From positions 2,336,001-2,400,000 of the forward strand of contig OZ242180.1 of NCBI GenBank assembly GCA_965205485.1: a stretch of DNA of 64,000 bases, written 5' to 3'. The DNA comes from Candidatus Latescibacterota bacterium (GTDB taxonomy: Bacteria; Latescibacterota; UBA2968; GCA-2709665). The translations under genes and the position numbers were made by a program. The notes under the pieces were generated by a model. The model saw only the letters and a program-made list of their open reading frames with translations. It had not been told where the DNA came from and did no database searches. The stretch's first letter is position 1, and every line of letters starts with the position of its first letter. Below, piece after piece: positions 10,127 to 21,179 of this stretch.

Positions 10127-11128
10127 TCAATTCAACCTGAAACGCTCGAAGACGATTTGCTCGTAGGGGGACCCGGCGCCCGATTCGTACAGGCAGCCGA
10201 CCTCGTTCTCCGGAAGCGTCACGAGACAGGAATACGCCGCGGGGCCTTCGTGGAGCGATTTCGCCAGGGGCCACGTCCGTCCTCCGTCGCTGCTCAGTCT
10301 GACGGTCATGTTCGCCCGCTCTCCGCCGCCGGCTCCTGGCGGAGCGGGCGGAGCGGGATTCGAAAACAGCAGGCTGTTGCTCTTGCCGCCGCCCACGAGG
10401 CTGGCCTGGCATTTGGGGCAGGGCAGGTTGCGGTCGTGCCGGAACCCGGACCAGGACCCGCCTCCGTCCCGGCTCAACGCGGTTCCTCGATACCCCTCGC
10501 TGTGCGTCTGCATCCGGGTGGTCATGACGACGGTCCCGTCCGCGAGTTCGCCGAACTGGCACTCGTTCGCCCCCGGCCTGACCGAACCGCCCAACCGCCA
10601 GGACGCTCCACCGTCATCGCTGTAGACGGAATGAGAACCGCAGTCGTACGCTTCCGGGTTCCGGTGATCGCAGGGAATCAGGAGCCGCCCTTTCCGCGCG
10701 CCGTTCCGGAGCTGGACGCCCACCCCGGGGCCCGTCGCATACCAGGTCCACGCATCTTTCTTTACGTTTACCGTAATGTCGGCGGGACGAGACCACGTCA
10801 GGCCGTCGTCGGTACTGTGCGTGACCAGCACGTCGACGTTATCTCTGCAGAACAGCAACCAGACCGTGCCCGTCCCGGCGTCCACCACGGGGCAGGGATT
10901 GCCGATGGTGACCTCACCCGCTTCGCTGTAGACGACCTGCTGCGCCGACCAGGACCGGCCCTCGTCATCCGAACGCTTTACCAGGAGGTCGATGTCTCCA
11001 TGGTCCGACCGATCGTTGCGCCGGCCTTCGCAAAAAGCCAGCAGCGTTCCGTTCGCCGCGGCAAGCACGGCGGGAATCCGGTACGTGTGGTAGCCATCCC
11101 GTCCGCTTGTGAACACGTTCGTCTTCAC
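10127..11128 (-). CDS. Sialidase family (GH33-like, BNR repeats)
   Basis: YRIP motif, multiple SxDxGxTW Asp-boxes, AYS near the C-terminus. Confidence 0.9.
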   Translation of the reverse strand: MKTNVFTSGRDGYHTYRIPAVLAAANGTLLAFCEGRRNDRSDHGDIDLLVKRSDDEGRSWSAQQVVYSEAGEVTIGNPCPVVDAGTGTVWLLFCRDNVDVLVTHSTDDGLTWSRPADITVNVKKDAWTWYATGPGVGVQLRNGARKGRLLIPCDHRNPEAYDCGSHSVYSDDGGASWRLGGSVRPGANECQFGELADGTVVMTTRMQTHSEGYRGTALSRDGGGSWSGFRHDRNLPCPKCQASLVGGGKSNSLLFSNPAPPAPPGAGGGERANMTVRLSSDGGRTWPLAKSLHEGPAAYSCLVTLPENEVGCLYESGAGSPYEQIVFERFRLN

Positions 11129-11144
11129 GGATGCGCCTTTTCGT

Positions 11145-11960
11145 CTATTCGTGTTGGTCGCGGCGGTCCATGATTTCCGTTGCCCTGAGTTCCCGAACCA
11201 GTTCGATCAGCCCCTCGATGCCCGCCTCGAGGAATTTCTCCCCCTTCTCCCGGCTGGCCTTCGTCGCGTCTCCCATCACGCCGCTGGCGGTTTTCGTGCT
11301 CCAGTACGGCGTGAAATTCGCGCTGGACCCTTCGGGATGGCCTCCCGCCAGCAGATCGGACTGGAAGCTGTTCGACAGGGGCGACCGTTCGTCGACCGCT
11401 TTGCTCATGTCCACCAGGTCCGGCTTCAACGCCAGATACAGCGACGTCTCGAACTCGCCGCCGTGGGAGGTCCCGCCGTAGTCCGACTCCCTCAGTTCGC
11501 GTCCCACCTCTTTCACCTTCCGGAGCCCCCAGTGGTTCACCGAGCCGCACAGAACCCTGCCCTCGGTTTCGATCACCGTCAGGCGGGTTGCCAGGTCCAG
11601 CGGGGGCGTATTGCTGCCGTGGCCGTTCACGACCAGGATCCGCTTGAAGCCGTGGTGGGCGAGGCTGCAGCAGACGTCCTTGACGTATCGGATGAAGGTA
11701 TCCCAGGTTATCGTCAGCGTCCCGTGAAAATCCATGTGATGGGGGCTGTACCCGTGCGGGACCGGCGGAGCCAGAACGGCCTCCGACGGGATCCGCGCCA
11801 CCGCCCTTTCACAGATCTCCGTGCAGAGGACGACGTCGGTATCCACGGGAAGGTGCGGTCCGTGATCCTCGTACGTCGCGACCGGCAGGACGGCAACACG
11901 GTCCTGCTCCGCGGCCTCCTTGATTTCATACCAGATCATTTCGGCAAAGCGGTATTTCAT
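11145..11960 (-). CDS. Creatininase family amidohydrolase
   Basis: EDHGPHLPVDTD, NGHGSN, HGGEFETS. Confidence 0.9.
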   Translation of the reverse strand: MKYRFAEMIWYEIKEAAEQDRVAVLPVATYEDHGPHLPVDTDVVLCTEICERAVARIPSEAVLAPPVPHGYSPHHMDFHGTLTITWDTFIRYVKDVCCSLAHHGFKRILVVNGHGSNTPPLDLATRLTVIETEGRVLCGSVNHWGLRKVKEVGRELRESDYGGTSHGGEFETSLYLALKPDLVDMSKAVDERSPLSNSFQSDLLAGGHPEGSSANFTPYWSTKTASGVMGDATKASREKGEKFLEAGIEGLIELVRELRATEIMDRRDQHE

Positions 11961-12003
11961 TCTCGACTCCTTGAAGCATAAATCCAGAAACCCATAGCGC
12001 CGA

Positions 12004-12465
12004 TCAGTGAATTGGGAAGAAGATGTCGGTGCGCCATTTCGACGGGTCGGGCTCCTCACCGGGATCCGTCACGTAAACCTCCCAGGGCGCGCCCGCCGCC
12101 TGCAGGCTCTCTTCTTCCATCCATTGCATCAGTGCCGACCACGTCTGTCCCAACTGCTCGTAGGGACCCATGTGGGTAACGGTCGCGACCTTCCCGGCGG
12201 GCAGTTCTCCAGGTCGAACGCGCTCGGTGCCCTCAACGGGCGAAGCCACCGGCATCCCGCATTCCATTTCCAGCCGTTCGGCGTCCATGTCGTGGTAAAT
12301 GGTAAACGGCATCCCCGCCGGCGCAAGTCCGTTCCCGGTGAGATATGCCATAACCTCGCCGAAAAGGGCGCCGATGACCTGTTTGATCTCCTCCATCGTG
12401 GTTGTGGCGCGGATGCCCACGATCGGCTGCGAATCGATTTCCCGGGTGGCGAAATTCAAACTCAT
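12004..12465 (-). CDS. GyrI-like small-molecule-binding domain protein
   Basis: HMGPYEQL, WEVYVTDP, RTDIFFP; GAGGAG RBS before ATG 12465. Confidence 0.85.
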   Translation of the reverse strand: MSLNFATREIDSQPIVGIRATTTMEEIKQVIGALFGEVMAYLTGNGLAPAGMPFTIYHDMDAERLEMECGMPVASPVEGTERVRPGELPAGKVATVTHMGPYEQLGQTWSALMQWMEEESLQAAGAPWEVYVTDPGEEPDPSKWRTDIFFPIH

Positions 12466-12545
12466 CGGCGTCTCCTCAATTGATGGGGTGACTTCGAAAT
12501 GGAATTCAGATCGTCCGGATGCACCCCTGCCTCGCGTACGGTCGT

Positions 12546-12959
12546 TCAATCCTTCTCTTCTGTATCCTTCTCCACAAAATCCAGGGCCGCGGAATTCATG
12601 CAGTACCTCAGTCCCGTGGGCCGGGGACCGTCGTCGAAAACATGCCCGAGATGCGCGTCGCACCGGCTGCACTTCACCTCCGTGCGCACCATGCCGTACG
12701 ACACATCCGCTTCCGTTTCCACGTTCGCGTCATCCGACGGCGCCCAGAAACTCGGCCAGCCCGTGCAGGAATCGTACTTGGTATCCGACTGAAACAGCTC
12801 GTTTCCGCAGCACACACACAGATAGATCCCTTTTCCTTTGAAGTCGTGGTACTCGCCGGTAAACGCCCGTTCCGTTCCGCTTCTTCTTGTCACGTGGTAC
12901 TGTTCCGGCGTGAGCAACTCCCGCCATTCCTCCTCGGTCTTCCGGATTTTATCTCCCAC
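12546..12959 (-). CDS. msrB: Peptide-methionine (R)-S-oxide reductase
   Basis: GTERAFTG, two CxxC pairs, [21 protein letters not shown]. Confidence 0.96.
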   Translation of the reverse strand: MGDKIRKTEEEWRELLTPEQYHVTRRSGTERAFTGEYHDFKGKGIYLCVCCGNELFQSDTKYDSCTGWPSFWAPSDDANVETEADVSYGMVRTEVKCSRCDAHLGHVFDDGPRPTGLRYCMNSAALDFVEKDTEEKD

Positions 12960-13055
12960 AGCACCCTCCAATATGAACGAGTGTACAGCCGAAATTGGGG
13001 CCGGAATCCGTCATGCGGGGTCCGCAGTCGTCGTCGCCGTGCGTTTTCTCGATCC

Positions 13056-14724
13056 TCATTCCTGAAGAATGTCCAGGCTCAGTTCGTACCGGCTCCTGTC
13101 TTCGCCGAACGGCAGCGCGAGCACCAGCCGGGCTTGCCCGACGCCGGCCTCTCCTCCCTTTGTATACGCGTTGTGGGGCAACGCCGGCCACACAAGCCGC
13201 GCGCCGGCGGGGAGCGACAGCCGCCATCCCGCGTGTTCGAACCAGGCGCCGTCGGCCCCCGTCCATTCCACGACGTCCGTCTGCAGTTCAGCACGCTCGC
13301 CGGTCGACGAACGCAGCGCCTCCCTCAAATGCGGGATCAACGTCACGTGTGCTTCCATTCCGCTTTCGGAAATGCCGGACGACTCAAGAATCAGGAGCAA
13401 TTGCGAGTCTCCGCGTGGAACGAGCGTAACGCGTCCCACGTCCGCGCCATAATGCAAATCAATGCCGGGACATGCTTCATCCGCCCTGATTTCCGCCCTG
13501 TCGGGAATATGCGCCAGCCCTTCGAACGGACCGAAGTCAGGATCGGCGTCCCCGGGCGTATGCCGCATCAGGGACGTATCGCCCACGCTGAACGTGCTCC
13601 ATTGCGGCTGCAGCTTGGTATTGCCGCCGCCAACGATTAAACCGGTCGACTCGTGAAAGACACTCACGAAATTCTGCCGGTCCTGCCGGAACCGGTTCTC
13701 GTCCAAAGGACAGCAATAGGCCGACAGGCTCAGAAACCAGGGCTTGCGTGAGACGATCAGCGCATCGCCGCCCATCGCATAGGTACGCCCGTCCCGGTCG
13801 GCCTCCATCTCCTCGATTTCGCCGTCGCCTGCATAGAGCAGCATGTGCGCGGCGTAATCCACATCGAATTTCCCGCCGGCTTCCAGGAAGAGGCGATGCT
13901 GCCGTGCCAGATAGCCTCTGCCCGTTGCTGTGTGGCTGAATCCGGGATTCCCCGGCCGCACCTCGCTGTTGTACGCATTTCGCTCATCCACCGTCTCCAC
14001 GGCGCTTCCATCCGGATACGTATAGTTCCTGTGGAATCGGGCCGCCCGTTCCAGCGCTTCGAGTACGCGTCCGTCCCCGGACAGCTTGTAATACACGCCC
14101 ATCGCGTCCGAATACACGTAGTTATAGGAAACGACCGGGCCCACGTTCTCGGTCCACCACCCGTACGGAGACTGCGCCGCCACAACCTCGTGGATGAATT
14201 CCCGCGCCTGCGTCTTCCAGTCTTCGCGCTCAAACACCATCCCGGCGCAATAAAGGGACATCGCGTGATGGGTCGGAATGTTGTGAACGTGCGACAGGCA
14301 CGTTTTTGAAATCCCCTCGAAACCCTGTTCCAATGCGGCGTCCCACCGTGCTCGCGCCTCGCCGTCCATCCCGGATCGCGCCAGCATATACGCGCGAATC
14401 CAGCGGCTGTACGTCCAGGGCATGTAGATCTGCCCCCACTCCGAGTAGTCCTTTTTCAGAAAGGTCCACATCCCCTCCTCGTCTTGAGCTTCGATCAGCG
14501 CGTCGCCGCCACGCACAATAGCCGCCAGCACTTCGTCGTTATGAGACCAGGGACTGTTCTCGAGGCTCCAGGCGGCGGACAGGTGGAAGATCCGATGCTG
14601 GTCCAGACAGGTCCAGGGCGTCGGTGCCGAACCGTCCGTCTTCCCGCTGATCCGCGAGGATCCCGGGTACGGCCTCCCGCAATGTGTCCCACATTTCAGG
14701 CTCGGGTCTCCACAAGGTAGCCAT
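13056..14724 (-). pseudogene. Hypothetical protein (possible (alpha/alpha)-toroid lyase-like) split by an apparent +1 frameshift near 14620
   Basis: ORF MATLWRPEPE...GRFGTD joins PWTCLDQHRIFHLSAAWSLENSPWSHNDEVLAAIVRGG (ORF 13056..14531) if one base is removed; total span is 3n+1. Confidence 0.65.
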
Positions 14725-14776
14725 TTTCCGCTTTCCTTTCACCGTCCTTCACAGCGCATTTTCGGTTTTGGCTCGG

Positions 14777-16577
14777 CTATAATATCTCCGCCGCGAACAG
14801 CCGGTGTCCCGAAGACAGATACAGCTCGTTCCCCAGGATCGGCCCGCCCGCCGCGTGGCCGGTCAACCGTCTCGTCGAATTCGACGATCACGTCAAATTT
14901 CAGGGAACCGGGATCCAGCCGATAGATGAGGGTGTGGGTGAGGCCATAGATCATCCCGTCCGGTCCCAACAGCAGTCCGTTGTCCACCGGACCGCCCTCA
15001 GGCGCGGCGATCCGTTCCGTAAACGCCCGCGCCCCGGGGTCGAACACGAAGAGTTCGGGTCCGCGTTCGCTGCCGGCGAACGTGCCGATAAGCCTGCCAT
15101 CCGGTACGGCTGCAAGGGCATTGAATATCGTCACGGGCGGGTCGGGCGCGCCTTCCCAGACTTTCTCTTCCTTCCCGTAGTCGAAGAGGAAGAGCACGGC
15201 CTCGTCCACCCTCGGCTGGGTCCCGCTGCCCGCGGCTATGGTTGTGCCGACGGCGATCAGCGATTCCGCCTCCAGGTGCGCCAGCGTATAGCAGCTCCCG
15301 TCTCCCACGATGCGGTAAAACGCCTTTTTCTCCTCCGTGCGCGGGTCGTAATACGAGAGCGGCCCGCCCCACATTCCGTAGTCCGGAATGGATGCCAGCC
15401 AGACCTTTCCGCCGGGACCCGCCAGCGTGGAACGCGGCCGGTACGAAATGTCGTCCACCCGCCCGATGTCCCAGGGATTGCTGCCCCGGCTCTCGCCGAA
15501 GTTGTACGGCTGCGAAGGATCGTAAATGGAGATTCTCGCACCCGGGTATGACGAGATGTAGACTTTACCGTCCAGGTTCGCCATGGAATACGCCTCGCCG
15601 GTCGCGGTCGAACAGATGCCCAGGTCCGCCAGGTCATCGTTTCCGGGGTCGTATCGAAACAGCCGCTCCGGTAATACGCTGGATCCGTACACACACCCGT
15701 CGGGACCGCCGTGCAGGCAGAAGATATCGGTCCCCGCGGCTTCGAATTCGATGTCGAAGGTCTTCGCGGCGCCGTCCGGGCCCGTTACCTCCAGAATCCT
15801 GCATGTCTGCTCCACGGCATCCACGAACCGGAAGGTGCTGCCGTCCGGCAGGGTGGGCGCCGCAGCTTTCGCCGCGACGGTTTCTTCCACGGGAACGGCG
15901 TTCATGCCCTCCAGGCGGAAATTCCCCTCGCTCGATTCAATATAGAGGTTCCCGTCCGCCCCCCGGTGAAGGTTCAATGTTCCTTCGCCGCGCGTAACGA
16001 CGGGTCCTACCGTCCTTTTTTCACCGGTCTTCGGGTCCAGGACCACCACGTGCGGTTGGGTCTGCATGATCAGCGACGCGATCGTATCGTCGGTATTCAC
16101 GTGGCAATAGGCGTACATATCGACTTCATCCAGCCGTCCGTACCGGGTAAACTCACCGGTTTCCGGATTAAAGCTCGTCAGATCCGCGGTGCCGTAGCTG
16201 GAAATCCAGATCACGCCCTGTGAATCCTCGTCGATACTGCAGGGAAAAATAGCCGCCGTGCCGTTGATGGTGCCGAAATTCACCAGGTCGTCCTGCTCGG
16301 GATCGAAACAGTATAGTTGTCCCGAGTGCGCCGCCCCGATATAGAGGCGTCCGTTCCGCGCCTGATACACCGCCGTGGTATAGTTCGAATCGGGAACGTC
16401 CGGCCAGAATTGACGCAACCTGCCCGTCTGCGGATCGATCTGCAATACGAAGAGATTCGCGGCCTGCTGCGACATGGTCGCATACAGACACGGCTCCCCG
16501 GCGCCGTTTCGTCCCGCGTACAACGCCGCGCGATTCACCGCGCGAACCGGTATGCCAACTTCCCTCACCTGCGACAT
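14777..16577 (-). CDS. Beta-propeller repeat protein (streptogramin-lyase/PQQ-like) with apparent +1 frameshift near 14867
   Basis: Repeated GPDGxxYG and LFxYDP blades. The shifted frame gives a propeller-like end GGPILGNELYLSSGHRLFAAEIL-TAG(14777); as called, the ORF ends at 14739. Confidence 0.7.
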
Positions 16578-17019
16578 GTCAACCTCCTCCGAAAAACCGA
16601 CAATGCGAGCCCGTGTCGAACGATCAAGATGTACGAACCCTGCGCCCCGCGCGCGGCGTCTCAGGCCGCGAAAACTCCGGTATCGCGCGGGACGTCAACA
16701 AGTATCCAAAAACTGCAAAATCCCCGTACAAGACCGGGCATTCCCGTCTGTTCCTGAATTCCGCCAATATTGATTTTTCGCCTGTAAGTGTCAAGACCCT
16801 TCTAAACCGCTGACCCTGCCCGCACTTCAGCCCGGTCACTGCGTCCTTGTATGAATCCCACTTTCACCGTACCTTCGCAGGACGTATTGTTCTGTCCGGG
16901 AAACAGGTTGACGAATGGTCAGAATTCTTCGGTACAAGATACCGGAGTACCAGCCATGCGCTGGATGCCGGGTCTTCGTTAAGCGCCCGGGCGACGTGAA
17001 CGATTTGAGGGGAACCGCA

Positions 17020-17892
17020 ATGAAAAAACTCAGAGGCATCTGCGCGGCTTTATGCACGCCGTTTACAGATGACGGCGAACGGGTCGACGAAACCGCGCTG
17101 AGGAATCATATCGACTCCATGCTCGAAGCGGGTGTCCACAGCATCCTCATCAACGGCGGCACGGGTGAGTTCGCCTGTCTGCGACCGGATGAACGCAGAC
17201 GGCTTTCCGAACTCGCTGCCGGGCACATCGACGGCAGGGCCGACTTTGTCGCCATGGCCTCCGCGGTGAGTACGTCTGAGACGATTGAATACGCCCGGCA
17301 CGCGGAGGGCGTGGGCGCCGACTGCCTGCTCGTGCTGCCGCCCTACTTCGAAGGTCCTGACATGGAAGGCGTGTACGACCACTACGCGGAAATCTCCGAT
17401 GCCGTCAGCACGCCCATTATGGTCTACAACATCCCCGTCCACACGGGAATCGATATCACGCCCGCGTTCTTCAAGCGCCTGTTGGAGGTGGAGAACATCC
17501 ATTATATCAAGGACAGCATGGCGGATATTCTGCGAATACAGGAACTCCTGGCTATCGGCGCCGAGGTCTTCAACGGCGGCGACCCCATCGCTTTCTTCAG
17601 CCTGGTTGCAGGATGTCCGGGCTGCGTGTGGGGCGCGGTCAACGCCATGCCCAAGGAAGCCGTCGATCTCTACAATCTGGTGGACGCCGGGCGGCTTTCC
17701 GAGGCCCGCGACCTCTGGCGCCGCATGTTTCCCGCAAACCGTTTCTTCTGGAAGCACGTCTATAACGCTTCCGTCAAGGCTGCCACCAATCTCTCCGGTA
17801 GACCCGTGGGACCGTGCCGCAAACCCGTAAAGCCCCTTACGGAACGCGAAATGGCCGAACTCAAAGAGGCCATGAGACCCCTGCTGACATAA
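17020..17892 (+). CDS. Dihydrodipicolinate synthase family aldolase/lyase
   Basis: TPF, GGTGEF, PPYF, YNIP and IKDS Schiff-base Lys. Confidence 0.9.
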   Translation: MKKLRGICAALCTPFTDDGERVDETALRNHIDSMLEAGVHSILINGGTGEFACLRPDERRRLSELAAGHIDGRADFVAMASAVSTSETIEYARHAEGVGADCLLVLPPYFEGPDMEGVYDHYAEISDAVSTPIMVYNIPVHTGIDITPAFFKRLLEVENIHYIKDSMADILRIQELLAIGAEVFNGGDPIAFFSLVAGCPGCVWGAVNAMPKEAVDLYNLVDAGRLSEARDLWRRMFPANRFFWKHVYNASVKAATNLSGRPVGPCRKPVKPLTEREMAELKEAMRPLLT

Positions 17893-18102
17893 GAAGCTGT
17901 CTTAAAATTCCCAGCGGTCTTCGCGCGGCTGCAAAAGCGCCGGTCGGCGTTGGTCAAACCCACCCGTCCTACGAGATCGAGGCTGCGCTTGCTCGCCTCT
18001 CATAGGCGGATTTTCCCGTCGGCGCTGCGCGCCCCTCGCGCCTCATAACCGCCACTTTTTCGCTCGCGCTCGGGAACTCACCGGTAATTTTAAAACAGCT
18101 TC
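17893..18102. mobile_element. MITE (non-autonomous IS derivative), 17-bp TIRs, TAA target-site duplication
   Basis: Left GAAGCTGTCTTAAAATT (17893-17909); right AATTTTAAAACAGCTTC (18086-18102), 1 mismatch. TAA on both sides (17890-92, 18103-05). No transposase. Confidence 0.85.
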
Positions 18103-18182
18103 TAAAAACAGGGCGCATACCAAGGCACCCTGTTTGCTGCGAAAAACACCTGGACTCCGGATATCCTCAACTGGCAGACTCC

Positions 18183-18581
18183 CTAACTGAGATTGATCGT
18201 TCCGCCAGGCGGCGTCGCGCCCGGCAGCCCTCCCGCGCCCGGCACCACAATCCGGGAGGACTCCTGTCGCCGCCTTTCCTTGGCATCCTCCATCATATCC
18301 TCGACGGCTTTCGCGATGGCCTGCGGAAACTTCCGAAGCGCCTCTTCAAGATCCGCGGCTTCGATGTCGCACTGCACGGGGAGCGGGCCGACCTGGGACA
18401 TCAGATTGGTCTGTCCAATGAACCTCTGGCGACGGGTCCCGTCAGGCGATCCATCGGGATTGACCGGCACCAGCCGGCGAATGGACGCCACCTTCAGGTC
18501 CGTATAGTTTTCCTCACGGTACAGGTTGGTCCGATCGACCTGTATATCGCTCAGCTGCTGCTCGTTCCTGTTCACGGACAT
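18183..18581 (-). CDS. Conserved hypothetical cytoplasmic protein
   Basis: NLYREENYTDLKVASIRRLVPV...SRIVVPG; AAAGGAG RBS. Confidence 0.75.
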   Translation of the reverse strand: MSVNRNEQQLSDIQVDRTNLYREENYTDLKVASIRRLVPVNPDGSPDGTRRQRFIGQTNLMSQVGPLPVQCDIEAADLEEALRKFPQAIAKAVEDMMEDAKERRRQESSRIVVPGAGGLPGATPPGGTINLS

Positions 18582-18603
18582 TCTCCTTTCAACGTCCAAT
18601 AGG

Positions 18604-18630
18604 TTTTGTGCCTTTTGTGCCTTCTGTGGC
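18604..18630. repeat. Short 9-mer tandem repeat (TTTTGTGCC)x3, degenerate
   Basis: ttttgtgcc ttttgtgcc ttctgtggc in the intergenic space. Confidence 0.6.
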
Positions 18631-18650
18631 TATTGTCCGATTGGCTTGTG

Positions 18651-19310
18651 TTACCTGAATCTCGACGGCCAGAACGCCTCAAGCGCCGCCTCGAACGTCA
18701 TCTCTTCCCTGCGGGTGGGATGCGACAGCGTGAGGGCCCGCGCATGGAGCGCAAGGCTCTTTTCCGGAAATCCGATTCTCGCTCCGTACCGAAGATCGCC
18801 CAGAACGGGATGCCCCCGGTGCGCGAACTGTACCCGGATCTGATGATGCCGCCCTGTTTTCGGCCTGATCTCCACCCACGAGATCCCCTGCTCGAACCGC
18901 AATCGACGGAACCCGAGCACCGCCTCCCGGCCGTTGTCGGAGATCTTACTGGATGGTCCCGCCCGCAACAGCCTGTCCGCCATCCGGCCTTCCCGGGGCG
19001 TTTTCCCTTCCACCAGCGCCCAGTATATCTTTCCGACTCTTTGAGTGCGGAACTGTTCCGACAGTCTTGCCGCCGCCTTGGACGTCCTGGCAAAAACCAC
19101 GACGCCGGACGTCGGCCGGTCCAGCCGATGCACCAGCCCCAAGAACGCGTCGCCAGGCTTGTTGAACGCCGCCTTCACGTACGCCTTGCCATAATCCAGA
19201 AGTGAAATGTTTCCCGTGCGGTCTCCCTGGACAAGCATCCCCGCGGGTTTCCGGACCACCAGCAGATGGTTGTCCATATAAATGACTTCCAGATTCACGG
19301 GGTCTTGCAT
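18651..19310 (-). CDS. RluA family pseudouridine synthase
   Basis: KPAG, HRLDRPTSG catalytic Asp, TGRHHQIR, GDLRYG, LHA. Confidence 0.93.
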   Translation of the reverse strand: MQDPVNLEVIYMDNHLLVVRKPAGMLVQGDRTGNISLLDYGKAYVKAAFNKPGDAFLGLVHRLDRPTSGVVVFARTSKAAARLSEQFRTQRVGKIYWALVEGKTPREGRMADRLLRAGPSSKISDNGREAVLGFRRLRFEQGISWVEIRPKTGRHHQIRVQFAHRGHPVLGDLRYGARIGFPEKSLALHARALTLSHPTRREEMTFEAALEAFWPSRFR

Positions 19311-19334
19311 TGGTGTGGCCTTCAGATGTCCGCG

Positions 19335-20702
19335 CTATCTCACCCGGTTCAGCCCGTTGAGCGCCGCCACGCGATAGGCTTCGGCCATCGTGGGATAGTT
19401 AAATGTCGTGTTGATGAAGTACATCAGGGTATTGCCGCCGCCCTTCTGCGACATAATCGCCTGGCCGATGTGGACGATTTCAGATGCCTCGGACCCGAAA
19501 CAGTGGATACCCAGAATCTCCAGCGTCTCCCGATGAAACAGGATTTTCAGCATCCCCGTGGTCCGGCCCGTGATCTGTGCCCGCGCGAGGTGCCTGAATG
19601 ACGCGTGTCCAACCTCGTAAGGAATCCTGTCGGAGGTCAACTCGCGCTCCGTCATCCCCACCGAACTGATTTCGGGCAGCGTGTAGATCCCCGTGGGGAT
19701 GTCCTTGACAAGGTGGTCCTCGCACTCACCGAATATCAGATGGGTGGCCGCGAAACGCCCCTGGTCGTATGCCGCGCTGGCCAGGTTGGGATACCCCACC
19801 ACGTCGCCCACGGCGTAGATGTGGCTCTGCGCCGTCTGGTAGCAGTCGTTTACGCCGACGACGCCCCTGTGGTCCGTCTGAATGCCGATCTCCTCGAGTC
19901 CCATTCCGTCTGAATTCCCGGTCCGCCCCTGCGCCCAGAAAAGACAGTCGCTGAGAATCTCCTTCTGGGACTTGAGGTGGAGGCGTACGCCGTGATCGAC
20001 CGCCTCCACGCTATCGTATTCCTCGTTGTGCCTGATCAGTACGCCCTGTTCACGCAGGTGATAGCTCAGGGCATCCACAATCTCGTCGTCAAGGAACGCC
20101 AGCAGACGGTCGAGACTGTTGATCAGATTCACCTTGATCTGCAAGCCTCTGAAAATGGACGCATACTCGCAACCGACGATCCCCGCCCCGTAAATCGTGA
20201 CGGACCTTGGATGATCCTGGAACGCCAGAATCGAATCGCTGTCCACAATTCGGGGATGCGAAAAATCCACGTCCGGCGGGTGGTACGGCCTTGCGCCGGT
20301 GGCAATGACGAATCCGTCCGCACGATAACTCCGCACGCCTCCGTTCTGCATCCGGACCTGAATCCCGTGGCTGTCCTCGAACGCGGCGCGGCCGTGGATG
20401 ACCTCCACGAAATTCCTGGCGTAGAACCCTTCTCGCAGGTCGACCTGCTGGCGGATCACGCCTTCGGCTGCCCGCAGAAGATCGGGAAACCGGGAATCGC
20501 CGTACCTGCCAGTATCGACGAGATTCTGGATGGCGTGACGGAGCGCTTTGCTCGGAATTGTGGTCTGGTGGGTACAGCTTCCGCCCACCGAGGCCCGGTC
20601 ATCCACCATGGCGACCCGCTTCCCCTCCTTGGTCGCCTTCATCGCCGCCCCCTCACCACCCGGTCCGCTGCCGATTACGATCACGTCGAAGTGGTTTTCC
20701 AT
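19335..20702 (-). CDS. sthA: Soluble (Si-specific) pyridine nucleotide transhydrogenase
   Basis: [27 protein letters not shown] (single Cys), [20 protein letters not shown]. Confidence 0.95.
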   Translation of the reverse strand: MENHFDVIVIGSGPGGEGAAMKATKEGKRVAMVDDRASVGGSCTHQTTIPSKALRHAIQNLVDTGRYGDSRFPDLLRAAEGVIRQQVDLREGFYARNFVEVIHGRAAFEDSHGIQVRMQNGGVRSYRADGFVIATGARPYHPPDVDFSHPRIVDSDSILAFQDHPRSVTIYGAGIVGCEYASIFRGLQIKVNLINSLDRLLAFLDDEIVDALSYHLREQGVLIRHNEEYDSVEAVDHGVRLHLKSQKEILSDCLFWAQGRTGNSDGMGLEEIGIQTDHRGVVGVNDCYQTAQSHIYAVGDVVGYPNLASAAYDQGRFAATHLIFGECEDHLVKDIPTGIYTLPEISSVGMTERELTSDRIPYEVGHASFRHLARAQITGRTTGMLKILFHRETLEILGIHCFGSEASEIVHIGQAIMSQKGGGNTLMYFINTTFNYPTMAEAYRVAALNGLNRVR

Positions 20703-20724
20703 AGGCGCGAGTCTGTTTGTGGTT

Positions 20725-20755
20725 AAAAAAAGGCGCCGATTCTTGAATCGACGCC
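20725..20755 (-). terminator. Intrinsic terminator after cold-shock gene
   Basis: Minus strand GGCGTCGATT-CAAG-AATCGGCGCC followed by T7. Confidence 0.8.
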
Positions 20756-20810
20756 CTCCGGTTGGATCTGTTGAGGATTTACAAGGAAAAAAACGAACCG
20801 CGGCTACAGG

Positions 20811-21020
20811 TCAGACCTGACCTATCTTGACAACGTCCGCGGCCTGGTAACCCTTGGGCCCCTGCACGACTTCAAAGGAAACCACTTCACCTTCCGTCAA
20901 CGACTTGAATCCCTCACCCTGAATAGCCGAAAAATGCACAAAGACATCTTCGCCTTCATCCCTCTCAATAAAGCCGTAACCTTTGGCGTCGTTGAACCAC
21001 TTCACGCGACCTTCTGGCAC
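20811..21020 (-). CDS. csp: Cold-shock protein (CspA family)
   Basis: [28 protein letters not shown]. Confidence 0.97.
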   Translation of the reverse strand: MPEGRVKWFNDAKGYGFIERDEGEDVFVHFSAIQGEGFKSLTEGEVVSFEVVQGPKGYQAADVVKIGQV

Positions 21021-21150
21021 AGTGCTTCACCACCTTTCAACGTTAGAAACCGACAAAAAACCAAAAACGGCAAGGACCGGGACTTCTGATCCTTGCCAGA
21101 CAAACTTCAGGACTGCAAAGGAGACAGAAACTTCATCCTTCTTCAGATGC

Positions 21151-21179
21151 ATAATAATTCATTTTTGTTCAATTGTCAA
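21151..21179 (-). promoter_or_regulatory. Sigma70 promoter of csp, giving a roughly 125-nt 5'UTR
   Basis: Minus strand TTGACA-17 nt-TATTAT. Confidence 0.75.

Noticed and set aside
6298..11173. Long plus-strand ORFs 6298..8994 and 9152..11173 (also 21485..23929, 38891..40876 and similar)
   Set aside because: Antisense shadows of well-supported genes in GC-rich DNA, with no protein motifs.
11145..11960. Mycofactocin peptidase MftE
   Set aside because: No MftA/B/C genes nearby; a generic creatininase-family call fits.
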